Part shown: in pieces, positions 47,605 through 56,795 of the stretch | Numbering within the stretch: position 1 is the stretch's first letter | Layout of the letters: each line of letters starts with the position of its first letter | From: Escherichia phage vB_EcoM_G53 | Length of the DNA: 64,000 bases | Sequence record: MK327943.1 | Reading direction: 5' to 3' (one strand) | Made by a program: the position numbers and the translations under genes | The notes under the pieces: model-generated | Told to the model about the DNA's origin: nothing | Seen by the model: only the letters and a program-made list of their open reading frames with translations | Databases searched by the model: none

Positions 47605-47909
47605 TATAATGTTCTCTCAAATTTGTGGAAGCATTTACGGCATTTCAATTTCAAGTTATCAGTGGTCCAGTTAACCAATTGGACTTGGATAGTTCCACAT
47701 TCCGGACACGGGTGTTTTGCTGCCGATTTGGCAGCATTTTCACGTCGTTCAACCATTTTCATTATTTCGTTCCATGCCGGAGGAACAAACTCTTCTTCAC
47801 CGTGGATTTTATCTCGCTGAACAAATTCAATCTTTGAACTATCGTCAATAAACTTAACCAAGCCATGATTAGTGCTCATATCAATATCCTCTAAAAGACG
47901 TAGTTTCAT
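47604..47909 (-). CDS. zinc-ribbon protein
   Basis: 101-aa ORF with CPECG...CRKC. Confidence 0.45.
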   Translation of the reverse strand: MKLRLLEDIDMSTNHGLVKFIDDSSKIEFVQRDKIHGEEEFVPPAWNEIMKMVERRENAAKSAAKHPCPECGTIQVQLVNWTTDNLKLKCRKCFHKFERTL

Positions 47910-48856
47910 TATAACACCTCAATGGCATTTCGTAAACCATCCGCTTTCGCATTCAGAGCTTTTAACGATTTAGTTTGTTCTGCAATCTGGGCTTCGACTT
48001 CTTTCAGACGAGATTTGAGATATTCGCGTTCTTCTCTTAAGTTATCAACTTTTTCTGCTTTAGGCTCTTTAATAGGCTTAGGCTTATACTCGTTAGGGTT
48101 CTTCAACTTAATTTGAATGCGAGAACTGTATAACATTGAACCATTATCTTCGGTTTCATCATACATTTCTACCACGTCCATGATTCTTAACATCATGCGA
48201 AGTTTATAAGACAGCGAACGAATGGTTTTATTGTGCTTCTTAATTTCTTCAGCTTTCATGGTGCCGAGATTACGCGAGTAATAATAAGGAACCTGAATAT
48301 CAATTGATAATGATGCGGTACCATTACCGGTTGGTTTGAACACTGCAGTAACCCAATCTTTAGCATGAACTGTATTTGTACGATCATCGCCGCCTGTGAA
48401 TAATTTACGAGAATGTTTAAAAAGCATATTCACTTGGTTATTGAATTCACAAGCAAATTTATCAGCAAATTTAGTTTCAGGAATGGTAGTTAACCAATCA
48501 GCCAAATGAGTCTTTTTAACATCATTAACAATAGTGAATTCAACCAAATCGGTTTTAGATGTCACAGATTTAATAAAGCTCGGCTTCATAAAGTTTTTAA
48601 TGTTATCGCGAGCTACAGTAGAAGATAATAAACGAGAACGTTTGAACCATTGAAGCAGCGTCCCTAATGAATGAGAATATGCATTTTGAGTATCTTTACA
48701 GATATGATTTTCTTGGCCTGTGTATGTAAGAAAATCACGAAGAATACTATAAACCACACCTTTATGTGGAACATCAGTCCAAGCACCAGTAGCACGTTGA
48801 GCGTGAGCGTTAGCGATAAGACCGGCAAAGTATTCAATGTAATGTGAACGTGTCAT
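47909..48856 (-). CDS. hypothetical protein with C-terminal coiled coil (tandem trio member)
   Basis: 315-aa ORF; C-terminal heptad-rich region; own promoter copy upstream. Confidence 0.45.
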   Translation of the reverse strand: MTRSHYIEYFAGLIANAHAQRATGAWTDVPHKGVVYSILRDFLTYTGQENHICKDTQNAYSHSLGTLLQWFKRSRLLSSTVARDNIKNFMKPSFIKSVTSKTDLVEFTIVNDVKKTHLADWLTTIPETKFADKFACEFNNQVNMLFKHSRKLFTGGDDRTNTVHAKDWVTAVFKPTGNGTASLSIDIQVPYYYSRNLGTMKAEEIKKHNKTIRSLSYKLRMMLRIMDVVEMYDETEDNGSMLYSSRIQIKLKNPNEYKPKPIKEPKAEKVDNLREEREYLKSRLKEVEAQIAEQTKSLKALNAKADGLRNAIEVL

Positions 48857-48884
48857 AATATTTTCCTCTCGTTAAGATAAATTC

Positions 48885-48914
48885 ATTATACTCCAACCAT
48901 CCTTGGTTGTAAAC
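48885..48914 (-). promoter_or_regulatory. early promoter, repeated module with palindromic spacer
   Basis: minus strand GTTTAC, 18-nt spacer aaccaaggatggttggag, TATAAT. Confidence 0.5.
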
Positions 48915-48918
48915 TGAT

Positions 48919-49878
48919 TTATGATTTTAACGCATTCATTGCGTTAAAAAGTTTAGAATACTGCAACTGGAGATTCGTTACAACACTTTGAGCATCACGA
49001 AGCTTAGCTTGTGCTTTGTCAAGTTCAACAGACAGTTGGTCCATAGTGGCCTTGATTTGATTGTAATGGTAATCTTCGACCGGAAGAAGGTCATTAGAAA
49101 CATTTAGTTTTACTGCAGACAGTTTGCACACATTTGGCGAACCTTTAAACATTGATTTACCCGAAGTAGAATAAGCACTTAGGACTTCGGCCTGTTCAAT
49201 TGGGGTCCCAGTAAGCGATGCTTCAAACAATGCATTTTCCTTTTTAAGATTTTGATAATATTCGGAGTCTTTGTGCCACCATGGCGCCGGAACCTTTTTA
49301 CCAATAGATACACGAGCCTGGATAGCGATATGGCCCTTATTCTTGATAGGGTTGATAATATTAAGCTCACGAGAATAAATTGCTTTAATCTGGTGAATAT
49401 TATCACCTAAAACTTCCAATGCTTGGTGGAATACACGAGCAACATTATCATTCTTAGGTTTATACGTAAGAGTGAACTCATTCTCACTGATAACCATGAT
49501 TTCCAACTTATCGTAAGTATATTTCAAATGTTTCATGTTAATTGCTTGAGAACGAATACGAGAAGCAATGGCCATCAGATTGTTAAGGTTATTCCGGAAC
49601 TGCTTAGCGAAATATTGTCCTTCACCGCCAATACAAAAATTACGAAGTTTCTGTTTGGCCAATAAACGGCTGAACTCGCCATTTTTAATGAACTCTTTAA
49701 CGGGTGTGTTAGTAACGCATTCAAATTGAGTAAACTTACGAGAATTAATCCCATAATATGAACAGATTTCCTCAATCTCTTCAGGAGTCTTTACAGGCAT
49801 ACGGATAGGATTAGGTCCTGGAGTATATGCGTTCGAGGTAAATTCTTTGATAAGTTCTCTACGTGTAATAAAAGCCAT
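48919..49878 (-). CDS. hypothetical protein with C-terminal coiled coil (tandem trio member)
   Basis: 319-aa ORF; C-terminal coiled coil; own promoter copy. Confidence 0.45.
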   Translation of the reverse strand: MAFITRRELIKEFTSNAYTPGPNPIRMPVKTPEEIEEICSYYGINSRKFTQFECVTNTPVKEFIKNGEFSRLLAKQKLRNFCIGGEGQYFAKQFRNNLNNLMAIASRIRSQAINMKHLKYTYDKLEIMVISENEFTLTYKPKNDNVARVFHQALEVLGDNIHQIKAIYSRELNIINPIKNKGHIAIQARVSIGKKVPAPWWHKDSEYYQNLKKENALFEASLTGTPIEQAEVLSAYSTSGKSMFKGSPNVCKLSAVKLNVSNDLLPVEDYHYNQIKATMDQLSVELDKAQAKLRDAQSVVTNLQLQYSKLFNAMNALKS

Positions 49879-49904
49879 TTTATATTCCTCATGTTGAAAA
49901 ATTT

Positions 49905-49934
49905 ATTATACTCCAACCATCCTTGGTTGTACAT
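49905..49934 (-). promoter_or_regulatory. early promoter, repeated module
   Basis: minus strand ATGTAC, 18-nt spacer aaccaaggatggttggag, TATAAT. Confidence 0.45.
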
Positions 49935-50929
49935 CATTCCTTAAGAAGTTTTACTACTTGAATAAGATTAGCTCGTTCTGTTTTATTTTTACCGTTTAAG
50001 CCTGCTAATCGTGAGATTTCATCGTCAGTCTGTTGAATAGTTACATTAAGTTCGTTAATCAAAGCTTCAAAGTATTTGATTTGCTCAGCATGTTTTGATT
50101 CAAATTTCTGAACCGGAATAACGTCTTGGTTCAGTTCATCAATAAGGTCTTTAAGAGCATCTTCTTGGTTGATATCATATTCAACTTCTTTTATTTCTTC
50201 AACGAGCTCGTCTTTATATCTAACGTCTTTTAGTCCTGGAGCTGGTCCTGAAATCTCTTCTTTAAGAGTACAAACATACCCAATACGGTATCCAATGCCG
50301 TCTCGCTTGATATCAACTTCGTCGATAAATCCACAATGTTTAAGCCCGGAGCCGATTATGTCAAAATATCCTTGACGTCGTCCTTCAAACGTTACACGAA
50401 CTACTAAGACAGTTTTACCTGCAACCTTTTGAAGCTCACATTTATAAAAGTCAGTTGAACCTGAATAACGTGGATGAGTTTTAAAGTTCATCTGACGATC
50501 TAGGCCCATTTGTAAGCGTGCTGTTACGGCCATAAAACGTGTTTGGTTCTCGTTAAGATGAGCAACAATCCATTTCAAAGGCATTTTACACTGTTCACGG
50601 CCGAACAAATCAGTACGTCCTAGATTACGCAGGATGTTGTTAGAGTTAATCATCGACAGAACGTTAAGTTTATTCAGCGCGCTGAAGATTCCATCAGCCA
50701 TTGATTTTCCATAACCTTTACACGCTTTAATAAGTGCTCGCGGCAGATTAGTATAGATTTCAGACGGCATATGAAAATCAAATTTACTAGTCAGTAATTG
50801 ATGAACTTGGATAGCAATTTGCTCATAATTAAGTGCTCTGCGATCGTTATGGTCTTTAAACCATACTTTAATCTGTGAAGCACATAAACCGTTAATTTCA
50901 TGTTTTACCGCATCAGATGTAATGCTCAT
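49934..50929 (-). CDS. hypothetical protein with C-terminal coiled coil (tandem trio member)
   Basis: 331-aa ORF; C-terminal coiled coil. Confidence 0.45.
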   Translation of the reverse strand: MSITSDAVKHEINGLCASQIKVWFKDHNDRRALNYEQIAIQVHQLLTSKFDFHMPSEIYTNLPRALIKACKGYGKSMADGIFSALNKLNVLSMINSNNILRNLGRTDLFGREQCKMPLKWIVAHLNENQTRFMAVTARLQMGLDRQMNFKTHPRYSGSTDFYKCELQKVAGKTVLVVRVTFEGRRQGYFDIIGSGLKHCGFIDEVDIKRDGIGYRIGYVCTLKEEISGPAPGLKDVRYKDELVEEIKEVEYDINQEDALKDLIDELNQDVIPVQKFESKHAEQIKYFEALINELNVTIQQTDDEISRLAGLNGKNKTERANLIQVVKLLKE

Positions 50930-50964
50930 AACTATTTCCTCAGATTGAATTGGAACTCAAAACC

Positions 50965-50988
50965 ATTATAACCCGTCCTTGGGTAAAG
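50965..50988 (-). promoter_or_regulatory. degenerate copy of the repeated promoter module
   Basis: TATAAT retained but the spacer is shortened to about 12 nt (CTTTAC-ccaaggacgggt-TATAAT). Confidence 0.3.
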
Positions 50989-50991
50989 CGT

Positions 50992-51519
50992 TTATGCGTG
51001 AACCGTCTTTAAACGTTCTTCAAATTTCCGAAGAGTACTAATACGTTCTGCTTTCTGTTTTGTATAGTTTGCAATACGTTCTGAAGTGAGAGCGTATCGT
51101 TCGTTTACTGTTTCTTTCATGAAGTCAGGGATTTCACGAGAAGCTTTAATTTCATCAAACTTATCGAGTACTGCCTGGTCTTCAGCAATTAAATTTTCGT
51201 ACATCTCGATATCTTTCTTGATGAAGTCGATATCTTCCTGGGTTACTTTGGATAAACGAGATGCTTTATCCTTTTTGTACTGCTCGTTAGTTTCACGAGA
51301 CCAGAATAATGTACGTTTTTTGTTAGTGTTTTTGTAGACTTCCACAATTCCAACTGAATCGATGATAACAATCCAATTCCAGCGAGATTTGAAAATCTGA
51401 CCTCCGTCCACGGTAATCTCGTTACCATAAGCAACGTCATTAAAGAACTTACTTTGTGCTTCAGATTTAAATTTACCGTCGTTATAATTTACCAGGTTGA
51501 AAATATCTTTAGCGTTCAT
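50992..51519 (-). CDS. hypothetical protein
   Basis: 175-aa ORF downstream of a GTTTAC/TATTAT promoter. Confidence 0.45.
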   Translation of the reverse strand: MNAKDIFNLVNYNDGKFKSEAQSKFFNDVAYGNEITVDGGQIFKSRWNWIVIIDSVGIVEVYKNTNKKRTLFWSRETNEQYKKDKASRLSKVTQEDIDFIKKDIEMYENLIAEDQAVLDKFDEIKASREIPDFMKETVNERYALTSERIANYTKQKAERISTLRKFEERLKTVHA

Positions 51520-51577
51520 GTTTTACCTCCAGTAGTTGATAGGTCTATAATAACATAACCATAGACCTTGTAAACAA

Positions 51578-51865
51578 CTAAAAGAAACTTTTTTCGGTAT
51601 TTTTTCCACTGAACCAAACAGACTTCGGGATTTTTTGTAATTTTTCAGATTTAAGTTTCTCTTCCTGTTCTTTCTTATATACACCCTTGTCGTACTGGAG
51701 CATCTCTATGGCATTCTTTTGCAAACGATCTAAGGTAATTAAGGCTTTAGTTTTTCCTTTCAAGGAAGAGTCCTGGCGAACCTCCTCGCTATATTGCATT
51801 GTAGAACTAACCATACGATGAGCATAGAGTTCGACTGCGGCTTTAATTTTTTGCATAAAATCCAT
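51578..51865 (-). CDS. hypothetical protein
   Basis: 95-aa ORF; AAGAGGA SD. Confidence 0.45.
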   Translation of the reverse strand: MDFMQKIKAAVELYAHRMVSSTMQYSEEVRQDSSLKGKTKALITLDRLQKNAIEMLQYDKGVYKKEQEEKLKSEKLQKIPKSVWFSGKNTEKSFF

Positions 51866-52003
51866 AACATATCCTCTTTGATTTGTACATCATTATTTTT
51901 AAATATTTCTATGCCCTCAGTAGGTTCCTGGTGTCCTTCTTTGAGGTAAGCCATATGATTATTCATCTTTATGGCTTTTGTTACCTCAGAACTTCCTATA
52001 AGC

Positions 52004-53005
52004 TTATTTCAGTAAAGTTACTTCAGAGATTTCCTCCCAACCATCTTTATCAGTTGAAATAAAATCTGCTACATAAAGAGCGGTACGTAATGATACATTG
52101 CGAAGACGAGATACATTAGCCTTCATCCAGGACAATGCTTTGTACGTTTCTGCATCCGTCAGGCCACGTTTCTGCATCATGTCAGTAGATAATATTACAT
52201 CTTCAACTCGAACCATAATCTCTTCATTAGAGTGTACTCCAAGGTCGAGATACACTGAACGAGATACTAAAGCTTGAAGGTGTGGAGCAAGTTTCGAACC
52301 CCGTTCTAACTCTTTATCGATATCAACGTTTGTAATGAAAACGATAGTACCTTCAAACTCAAATTCTTTATCAATACCCTTATCCTCGAGATAAGATGAC
52401 GCAGTGCTCCAACAAACTTTGCGTTTATCTCCGGTATCTAATGCTGCTTTAAGAAGGTTCAGGATGTCCATATCTGAGAATACGTCAACGTCATCGATTA
52501 AGAGAACGCTGTCTGCATCACGGTTGAGCCAAAGTTGTTCGTAAAGGCCAATACCAGAGATTTTACCATTAATGCTTTTGTATTTGATGAAACCATTATC
52601 ATTAGCATTATTAAGTGCTTTATCCAGAGAATACGTCTTACCAATACCAGCTGCACCTGAAATAATGAGTGAACGAATTTTGCCATCGATAATACCATTC
52701 GTCATCATGTTCATTACTTTAAAGCGTTTGTTGATACGGGTTTTCATATCTTCAGTGCTTTCAACAACTGCAACTGGTGATGTCTCAACTCCTTCCATTA
52801 CGATGTCTGATTTGAAGACCCATACTCCACGTTCAGAACCATCAATAATAACGAAAATTTTACCATCACCTAAGTGGGAACATTCAGGATTAAGCTTTGC
52901 CGGGAACCAGGTCTTTGTGGCAACATAAGAACCAGAGATTTCGTTATTACGATAGATACCTTTTTTGATTTGAACGTTGAACATTTTATTCTCCAATTTA
53001 CTCAT
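52004..53005 (-). CDS. P-loop ATPase (AAA-like)
   Basis: 333-aa ORF; Walker A GAAGIGKT, Walker B LLIDDVD. Confidence 0.5.
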   Translation of the reverse strand: MSKLENKMFNVQIKKGIYRNNEISGSYVATKTWFPAKLNPECSHLGDGKIFVIIDGSERGVWVFKSDIVMEGVETSPVAVVESTEDMKTRINKRFKVMNMMTNGIIDGKIRSLIISGAAGIGKTYSLDKALNNANDNGFIKYKSINGKISGIGLYEQLWLNRDADSVLLIDDVDVFSDMDILNLLKAALDTGDKRKVCWSTASSYLEDKGIDKEFEFEGTIVFITNVDIDKELERGSKLAPHLQALVSRSVYLDLGVHSNEEIMVRVEDVILSTDMMQKRGLTDAETYKALSWMKANVSRLRNVSLRTALYVADFISTDKDGWEEISEVTLLK

Positions 53006-53022
53006 TTCGTTTCGATAGGTCT

Positions 53023-53051
53023 ATAGTATCATATCCTAAAAGCATGTACAC
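53023..53051 (-). promoter_or_regulatory. early promoter
   Basis: minus strand GTGTAC, 17-nt spacer, TACTAT, then the AGACCTATC box. Confidence 0.45.
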
Positions 53052-53069
53052 TACTTTTTAAAAATATTT

Positions 53070-53100
53070 TAACCCCCTAAAGGGACCCGAAGGTCCCCAA
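53070..53100 (-). terminator. UUCG-tetraloop hairpin after the secreted-protein gene
   Basis: minus strand gggacc-ttcg-ggtccc followed by tttagggggtt. Confidence 0.4.
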
Positions 53101-53102
53101 AT

Positions 53103-53369
53103 TTACTTATCGCACTTAGCAACATAATTAGGCATATCACAGAATACAGAGCGAGTAACTACTCGGCCCTTTGACCATGCTTCAGTTGCTTGTCCGGCCG
53201 TGCTATTAATATAGCTTGATTTGATATTCTCAATACCCTGAGAATGTGATGCATTTACCGAACCGTTGGAAGGCCCAGAAGACTGGTTACCACCAGCTCC
53301 TGTACCTGTGGTAGCACCAACAGAGAATGCCATCATTACTGCGAATAAACCAATTACTAATTTTTTCAT
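53103..53369 (-). CDS. secreted Gly/Ser-rich protein
   Basis: 88-aa ORF with signal peptide MKKLVIGLFAVMMAFSVGA. Confidence 0.5.
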   Translation of the reverse strand: MKKLVIGLFAVMMAFSVGATTGTGAGGNQSSGPSNGSVNASHSQGIENIKSSYINSTAGQATEAWSKGRVVTRSVFCDMPNYVAKCDK

Positions 53370-53400
53370 ATTTACCTCAAGTTAAGGGTTATTTATCTAT

Positions 53401-54390
53401 TTATTTATAGTAAGAATTATGATTTTCGAGATAGACTTGCTCAAGGAAATCATCCCAGAAACTCATATCTACTTTTTGTTGCATACCGTTCTTAGCGGCT
53501 TGTTCTGATGCTTGTTCTACCTGGTCAACAATGTCTTCCAGGAATTCTTGTACAGTTTTAAACGTATGTTTACCAAGCTTAACATCGAGAATAAATGGAG
53601 CATCCTGAAGTGGGTAAACCAAGTCACCGGTTTTGTAAATTTCCAATAATTGAAGTCCACCACGACATGCATGGCTCAATGCTTTCCAGTCAATACCTTC
53701 GTTGGCTTCTGCCTTACGAGCACGTTCGCCATAGTTCTCTTCCAGTTTAACCAGGATGGCATTGAACTCTTTATTGGTTAACGTATCTTGGAATTTACGG
53801 TCTAACAGATTATAGAATGTTTGCTTACCTGTTTTCTCGTTTTCGGTTTCAACCCACGAAGCAAATTCACCTACAGGCAGAACATTCTTCATATGTGATA
53901 AACGAATTACTGCACCATTATCAAAGTATCGTCCCCATTCATTAGAACGTTTAAGGGCTTGACGAAGAACAGCCAGTCGAGAACCCTTGACACCGTATTT
54001 AGAAGCTTGCTTACGGACATACCCTAAATAAGATTTCATGTTAGTGGTATAGAAACGAGACCTGTTATCTTGAATATACTTCCATACATCAGGCAAATCA
54101 GATTTAACTACTAGACTTTGTGGAGTGTGAAGCATATCTAATGCGACGGTTTCACCATCCGCAGCTAGTTTAAAGAAATATTTGAGACTATACAACTCAT
54201 GGTCCACGTCGTCTTTTGTGTTCTTAGAAGCCGTGTTGTTAGTGTTCTTGCTCATGTGTTCTTTAACGTTACCGGTCAAGATATCGCGAGCATGAGGGAC
54301 ATAAATTTCTTTAAAATCGACGTCAGAATCAGGAGTAGACGTTCCATAAAGGTGGCTACCAAAGTAAGCCTTAACAATCGTTTTCATCAT
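53401..54390 (-). CDS. pol-beta-superfamily nucleotidyltransferase
   Basis: 329-aa ORF; N-terminal GSHLYGTSTPDSDVDF (GS-x9-DxD) nucleotidyltransferase signature. Confidence 0.5.
   Translation of the reverse strand: MMKTIVKAYFGSHLYGTSTPDSDVDFKEIYVPHARDILTGNVKEHMSKNTNNTASKNTKDDVDHELYSLKYFFKLAADGETVALDMLHTPQSLVVKSDLPDVWKYIQDNRSRFYTTNMKSYLGYVRKQASKYGVKGSRLAVLRQALKRSNEWGRYFDNGAVIRLSHMKNVLPVGEFASWVETENEKTGKQTFYNLLDRKFQDTLTNKEFNAILVKLEENYGERARKAEANEGIDWKALSHACRGGLQLLEIYKTGDLVYPLQDAPFILDVKLGKHTFKTVQEFLEDIVDQVEQASEQAAKNGMQQKVDMSFWDDFLEQVYLENHNSYYK
53402..53409 (-). promoter_or_regulatory. late promoter TATAAATA
   Basis: exact TATAAATA on the minus strand about 33 nt upstream of the ATG at 53369. Confidence 0.45.
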
Positions 54391-54860
54391 TTAGCCTTAT
54401 ATTCAAGAGTAGGACAGACTTTTTCTTTACGAGCTTTAAGGTATTCACCTATTAATGATTTCTTACGTTCAATAGGCTCAAGTCCATTTTTAATTCGTTC
54501 TTGGTTTTGTGCAATGAGCTCAATTTCTTTATAATATTTTCTGTCGTTATACTTGTCTAACAACCAAGACGGACCAATTACCGCCCCGACAGCAATAAGA
54601 ACCATTACTGATATTGTTAAAATGCCTATACCAATTGAAGCAGGAACTAATGTCCATAAACTACTAAAGACAAAGAATTTAGTTAAAATTTCTTGGCCAA
54701 TGATCGCGGCACCTGCTAAAGTTGCAAATCCAACAATTGAAACAGCTAATACCGGGATAAACGTTTTCCAAAAATAAGCACATAGCGTTTTTGGACGATT
54801 CCACGTACTATTGAACGCGGCATAAATTTTAAAGTGCCAAGAGTTTTCATTGATAATCAT
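54387..54860 (-). CDS. membrane protein
   Basis: 157-aa ORF with multiple hydrophobic helices. Confidence 0.45.
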   Translation of the reverse strand: MIINENSWHFKIYAAFNSTWNRPKTLCAYFWKTFIPVLAVSIVGFATLAGAAIIGQEILTKFFVFSSLWTLVPASIGIGILTISVMVLIAVGAVIGPSWLLDKYNDRKYYKEIELIAQNQERIKNGLEPIERKKSLIGEYLKARKEKVCPTLEYKAK

Positions 54861-54869
54861 AATAATTCC

Positions 54870-55400
54870 TTATTTCAAAGTCGGGATAATAGAATCAAGA
54901 TAAGCTTTAAGAGCAACTGCTTCATCTTTGTCTAATGTAATGATATGTTGACGAAGGTCGTCAATTTGATGAATAACTACGACATCACCATCTTCATAAG
55001 AAGGATTAACGCTCAGGACTGTTGTATAGTCAGGGTTGTCCTGATTTGTAATAAAAGCATTACGACATTTAGCCCATTGAAGTTTGGCCTTTTTGACTGT
55101 TTCAGATTCCATGAATTCTTTCACTTTAGTGACGAATGTTTTCCAATTATTAATAGAAAAACATTCGTCTTCAGTTTCGATATTAACCCCACTATAAAGT
55201 CCGTGATAAAAACGAACTTGAAGGTCTTCATCAATGTTAATTACAGATGCATGGCCTGGCGGATTGAGTTTCAAAATCTTGTCTAGTTCCATAGGAAGAA
55301 TAGTAACAGCATCATCTTCTTGCGTCAGAACGTAAGCATAACCGCGTTTTTCAATACATAAATCACCGAACAACTCTGTTGTTTCAATTACAGTTTTCAT
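54870..55400 (-). CDS. hypothetical protein (start placed at MKTVIETT)
   Basis: ORF-track start at 55412 is a TTG; ATG at 55400. Confidence 0.45.
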   Translation of the reverse strand: MKTVIETTELFGDLCIEKRGYAYVLTQEDDAVTILPMELDKILKLNPPGHASVINIDEDLQVRFYHGLYSGVNIETEDECFSINNWKTFVTKVKEFMESETVKKAKLQWAKCRNAFITNQDNPDYTTVLSVNPSYEDGDVVVIHQIDDLRQHIITLDKDEAVALKAYLDSIIPTLK

Positions 55401-55401
55401 A

Positions 55402-55581
55402 TTATTCACCAATTAAAGTTTCAACAAAATTCACCAAAGCATTCTGGCAAGCGTCAACCTGATTTTCATAAAAATCTCCATTATCATTTACCGCATGATA
55501 AGCTACGTCATTCAAATCTGAATCAGCTTCACGTAAGTCACGGATAAGGTCCATCAATTTATTAGCTTGTTCACGGGTCAT
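55402..55581 (-). CDS. small acidic protein (59 aa), not in ORF track
   Basis: MTREQANKLMDLIRDLREADSDLNDVAYHAVNDNGDFYEN...; ATG overlaps the upstream stop (ATGA). Confidence 0.35.
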   Translation of the reverse strand: MTREQANKLMDLIRDLREADSDLNDVAYHAVNDNGDFYENQVDACQNALVNFVETLIGE

Positions 55582-55688
55582 TTTACCATACTCGTTTCAA
55601 TAAGATTCACTATGCCGTTTACCATGTTATAGGTAAACATCGGATAATTGTATTGTACTACAACATAAGCGATAAGCAAAAGTTTCAT
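55578..55688 (-). CDS. small hydrophobic peptide (36 aa), not in ORF track
   Basis: MKLLLIAYVVVQYNYPMF...; GGAG SD 6 nt upstream; follows an early promoter. Confidence 0.3.
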   Translation of the reverse strand: MKLLLIAYVVVQYNYPMFTYNMVNGIVNLIETSMVK

Positions 55689-55711
55689 TTTGTTCTCCGT
55701 TTGTTTTGATA

Positions 55712-55741
55712 GGACTACTATAACATAGTCCTACCAAGATG
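55712..55741 (-). promoter_or_regulatory. early promoter
   Basis: minus strand GTTTAC, 18-nt spacer, TATAGT, then AGTCCTATCAAA box. Confidence 0.45.
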
Positions 55742-55745
55742 TAAA

Positions 55746-56003
55746 CTACCGATTGTGTTTTAAATGTTGATAAAGTTCTTCAACTTGTTTTGGGTCCAAA
55801 ACAATTAGGTCATTTTCTTGGCGAAGATAAATCCATCCATTATCCCCAGGACCATTTTTACAAAACATCACCACCATATCATCATCTTCAGCGCTTTCAG
55901 GTAAAAGTTCAAGTACACCGTCTTCAGATTTTCCAGTATAATCGTAAAGCATAATATCCTCACATAATCTCGTTAACATACATTTGCAATTCGGTGTGGG
56001 CAT
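55746..56003 (-). CDS. small hypothetical protein
   Basis: 85-aa ORF. Confidence 0.4.
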   Translation of the reverse strand: MPTPNCKCMLTRLCEDIMLYDYTGKSEDGVLELLPESAEDDDMVVMFCKNGPGDNGWIYLRQENDLIVLDPKQVEELYQHLKHNR

Positions 56004-56139
56004 CGGCCATCTTTTTCATAGCTCTGTTAATGTCGATGTCTCCATCTTCGCAACCATGAGCATTTTCCCAATCAGATACCGCATTAGCGTACTCTTCAAT
56101 CAAAAACATTAACTTAGAAATTTTTTCTTTACGTGACAT
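55960..56139 (-). CDS. small hypothetical protein (start placed at MSRKEK)
   Basis: ATG at 56139 with GAGGAG SD downstream of a GTTTAC/TATAGT promoter. Confidence 0.4.
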   Translation of the reverse strand: MSRKEKISKLMFLIEEYANAVSDWENAHGCEDGDIDINRAMKKMADAHTELQMYVNEIM

Positions 56140-56240
56140 AACGTTCTCCTCTAGTAAGTAAGGTTTACTATAACACAACCTGAGGAGAAGTAAACTGATA
56201 GATGCCAAAAAGCCCCAACCATAAGGAAGGGGCTAGTAAA

Positions 56241-56543
56241 TTAGATAGATGTAGGCTCTAATTTTATTTTCATGAACTCGGCAAATTGTCTGGCAGTTTT
56301 TATGCCTTGTTCATGACATTCAAATGCATCATCACAGGGACTATTTTTGTAATGCTTTGCCATATACTTATAGAATTTTTCAGAATTCTCGACATTTTGA
56401 ATTTCAAACAAAGTATATACGTTTTTAATCCCTGATTCCATAAAGTTATCAAAATATGGGTCGATATGTGCAGTACCAACGATAGGAGTTGTTGCTGCAA
56501 AAAACCCCAGCATCGCTATGACAGCTATCGCTCTTAAGGCCAT
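56241..56543 (-). CDS. secreted/periplasmic protein
   Basis: 100-aa ORF with N-terminal signal-like hydrophobic segment. Confidence 0.45.
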   Translation of the reverse strand: MALRAIAVIAMLGFFAATTPIVGTAHIDPYFDNFMESGIKNVYTLFEIQNVENSEKFYKYMAKHYKNSPCDDAFECHEQGIKTARQFAEFMKIKLEPTSI

Positions 56544-56555
56544 ATAGGCCTCCTG

Positions 56556-56768
56556 TTAATTTTGGCCAGTATTTATTTTTCGCCTTTGGACGGCCTTAAC
56601 ATCTGTGAGGTATTTTTCCAGCTTGCGCTTGCGTGTATAATCAGCTTTAGAACCGGTTTGACGGATATCCTCGTTTAAATGAGAAATAGAATGTCCTAAT
56701 TCTCTTCGGATTTCATCTAATTGGGTTACAGTAAGATTACGAAGTTGTCTTTCGTTTAATTGCTGCAT
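56556..56768 (-). CDS. small basic protein
   Basis: 70-aa ORF. Confidence 0.4.
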   Translation of the reverse strand: MQQLNERQLRNLTVTQLDEIRRELGHSISHLNEDIRQTGSKADYTRKRKLEKYLTDVKAVQRRKINTGQN

Positions 56769-56795
56769 ATATACCTCTTGGTTAGATATTAGTAT

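Noticed and set aside
51866-51966. N-terminal part of ORF 51760..51966 as a separate small gene
   Set aside because: It overlaps the RBS-supported ORF 51578..51865 in another frame, and the non-overlapping remainder is only about 33 codons with no SD
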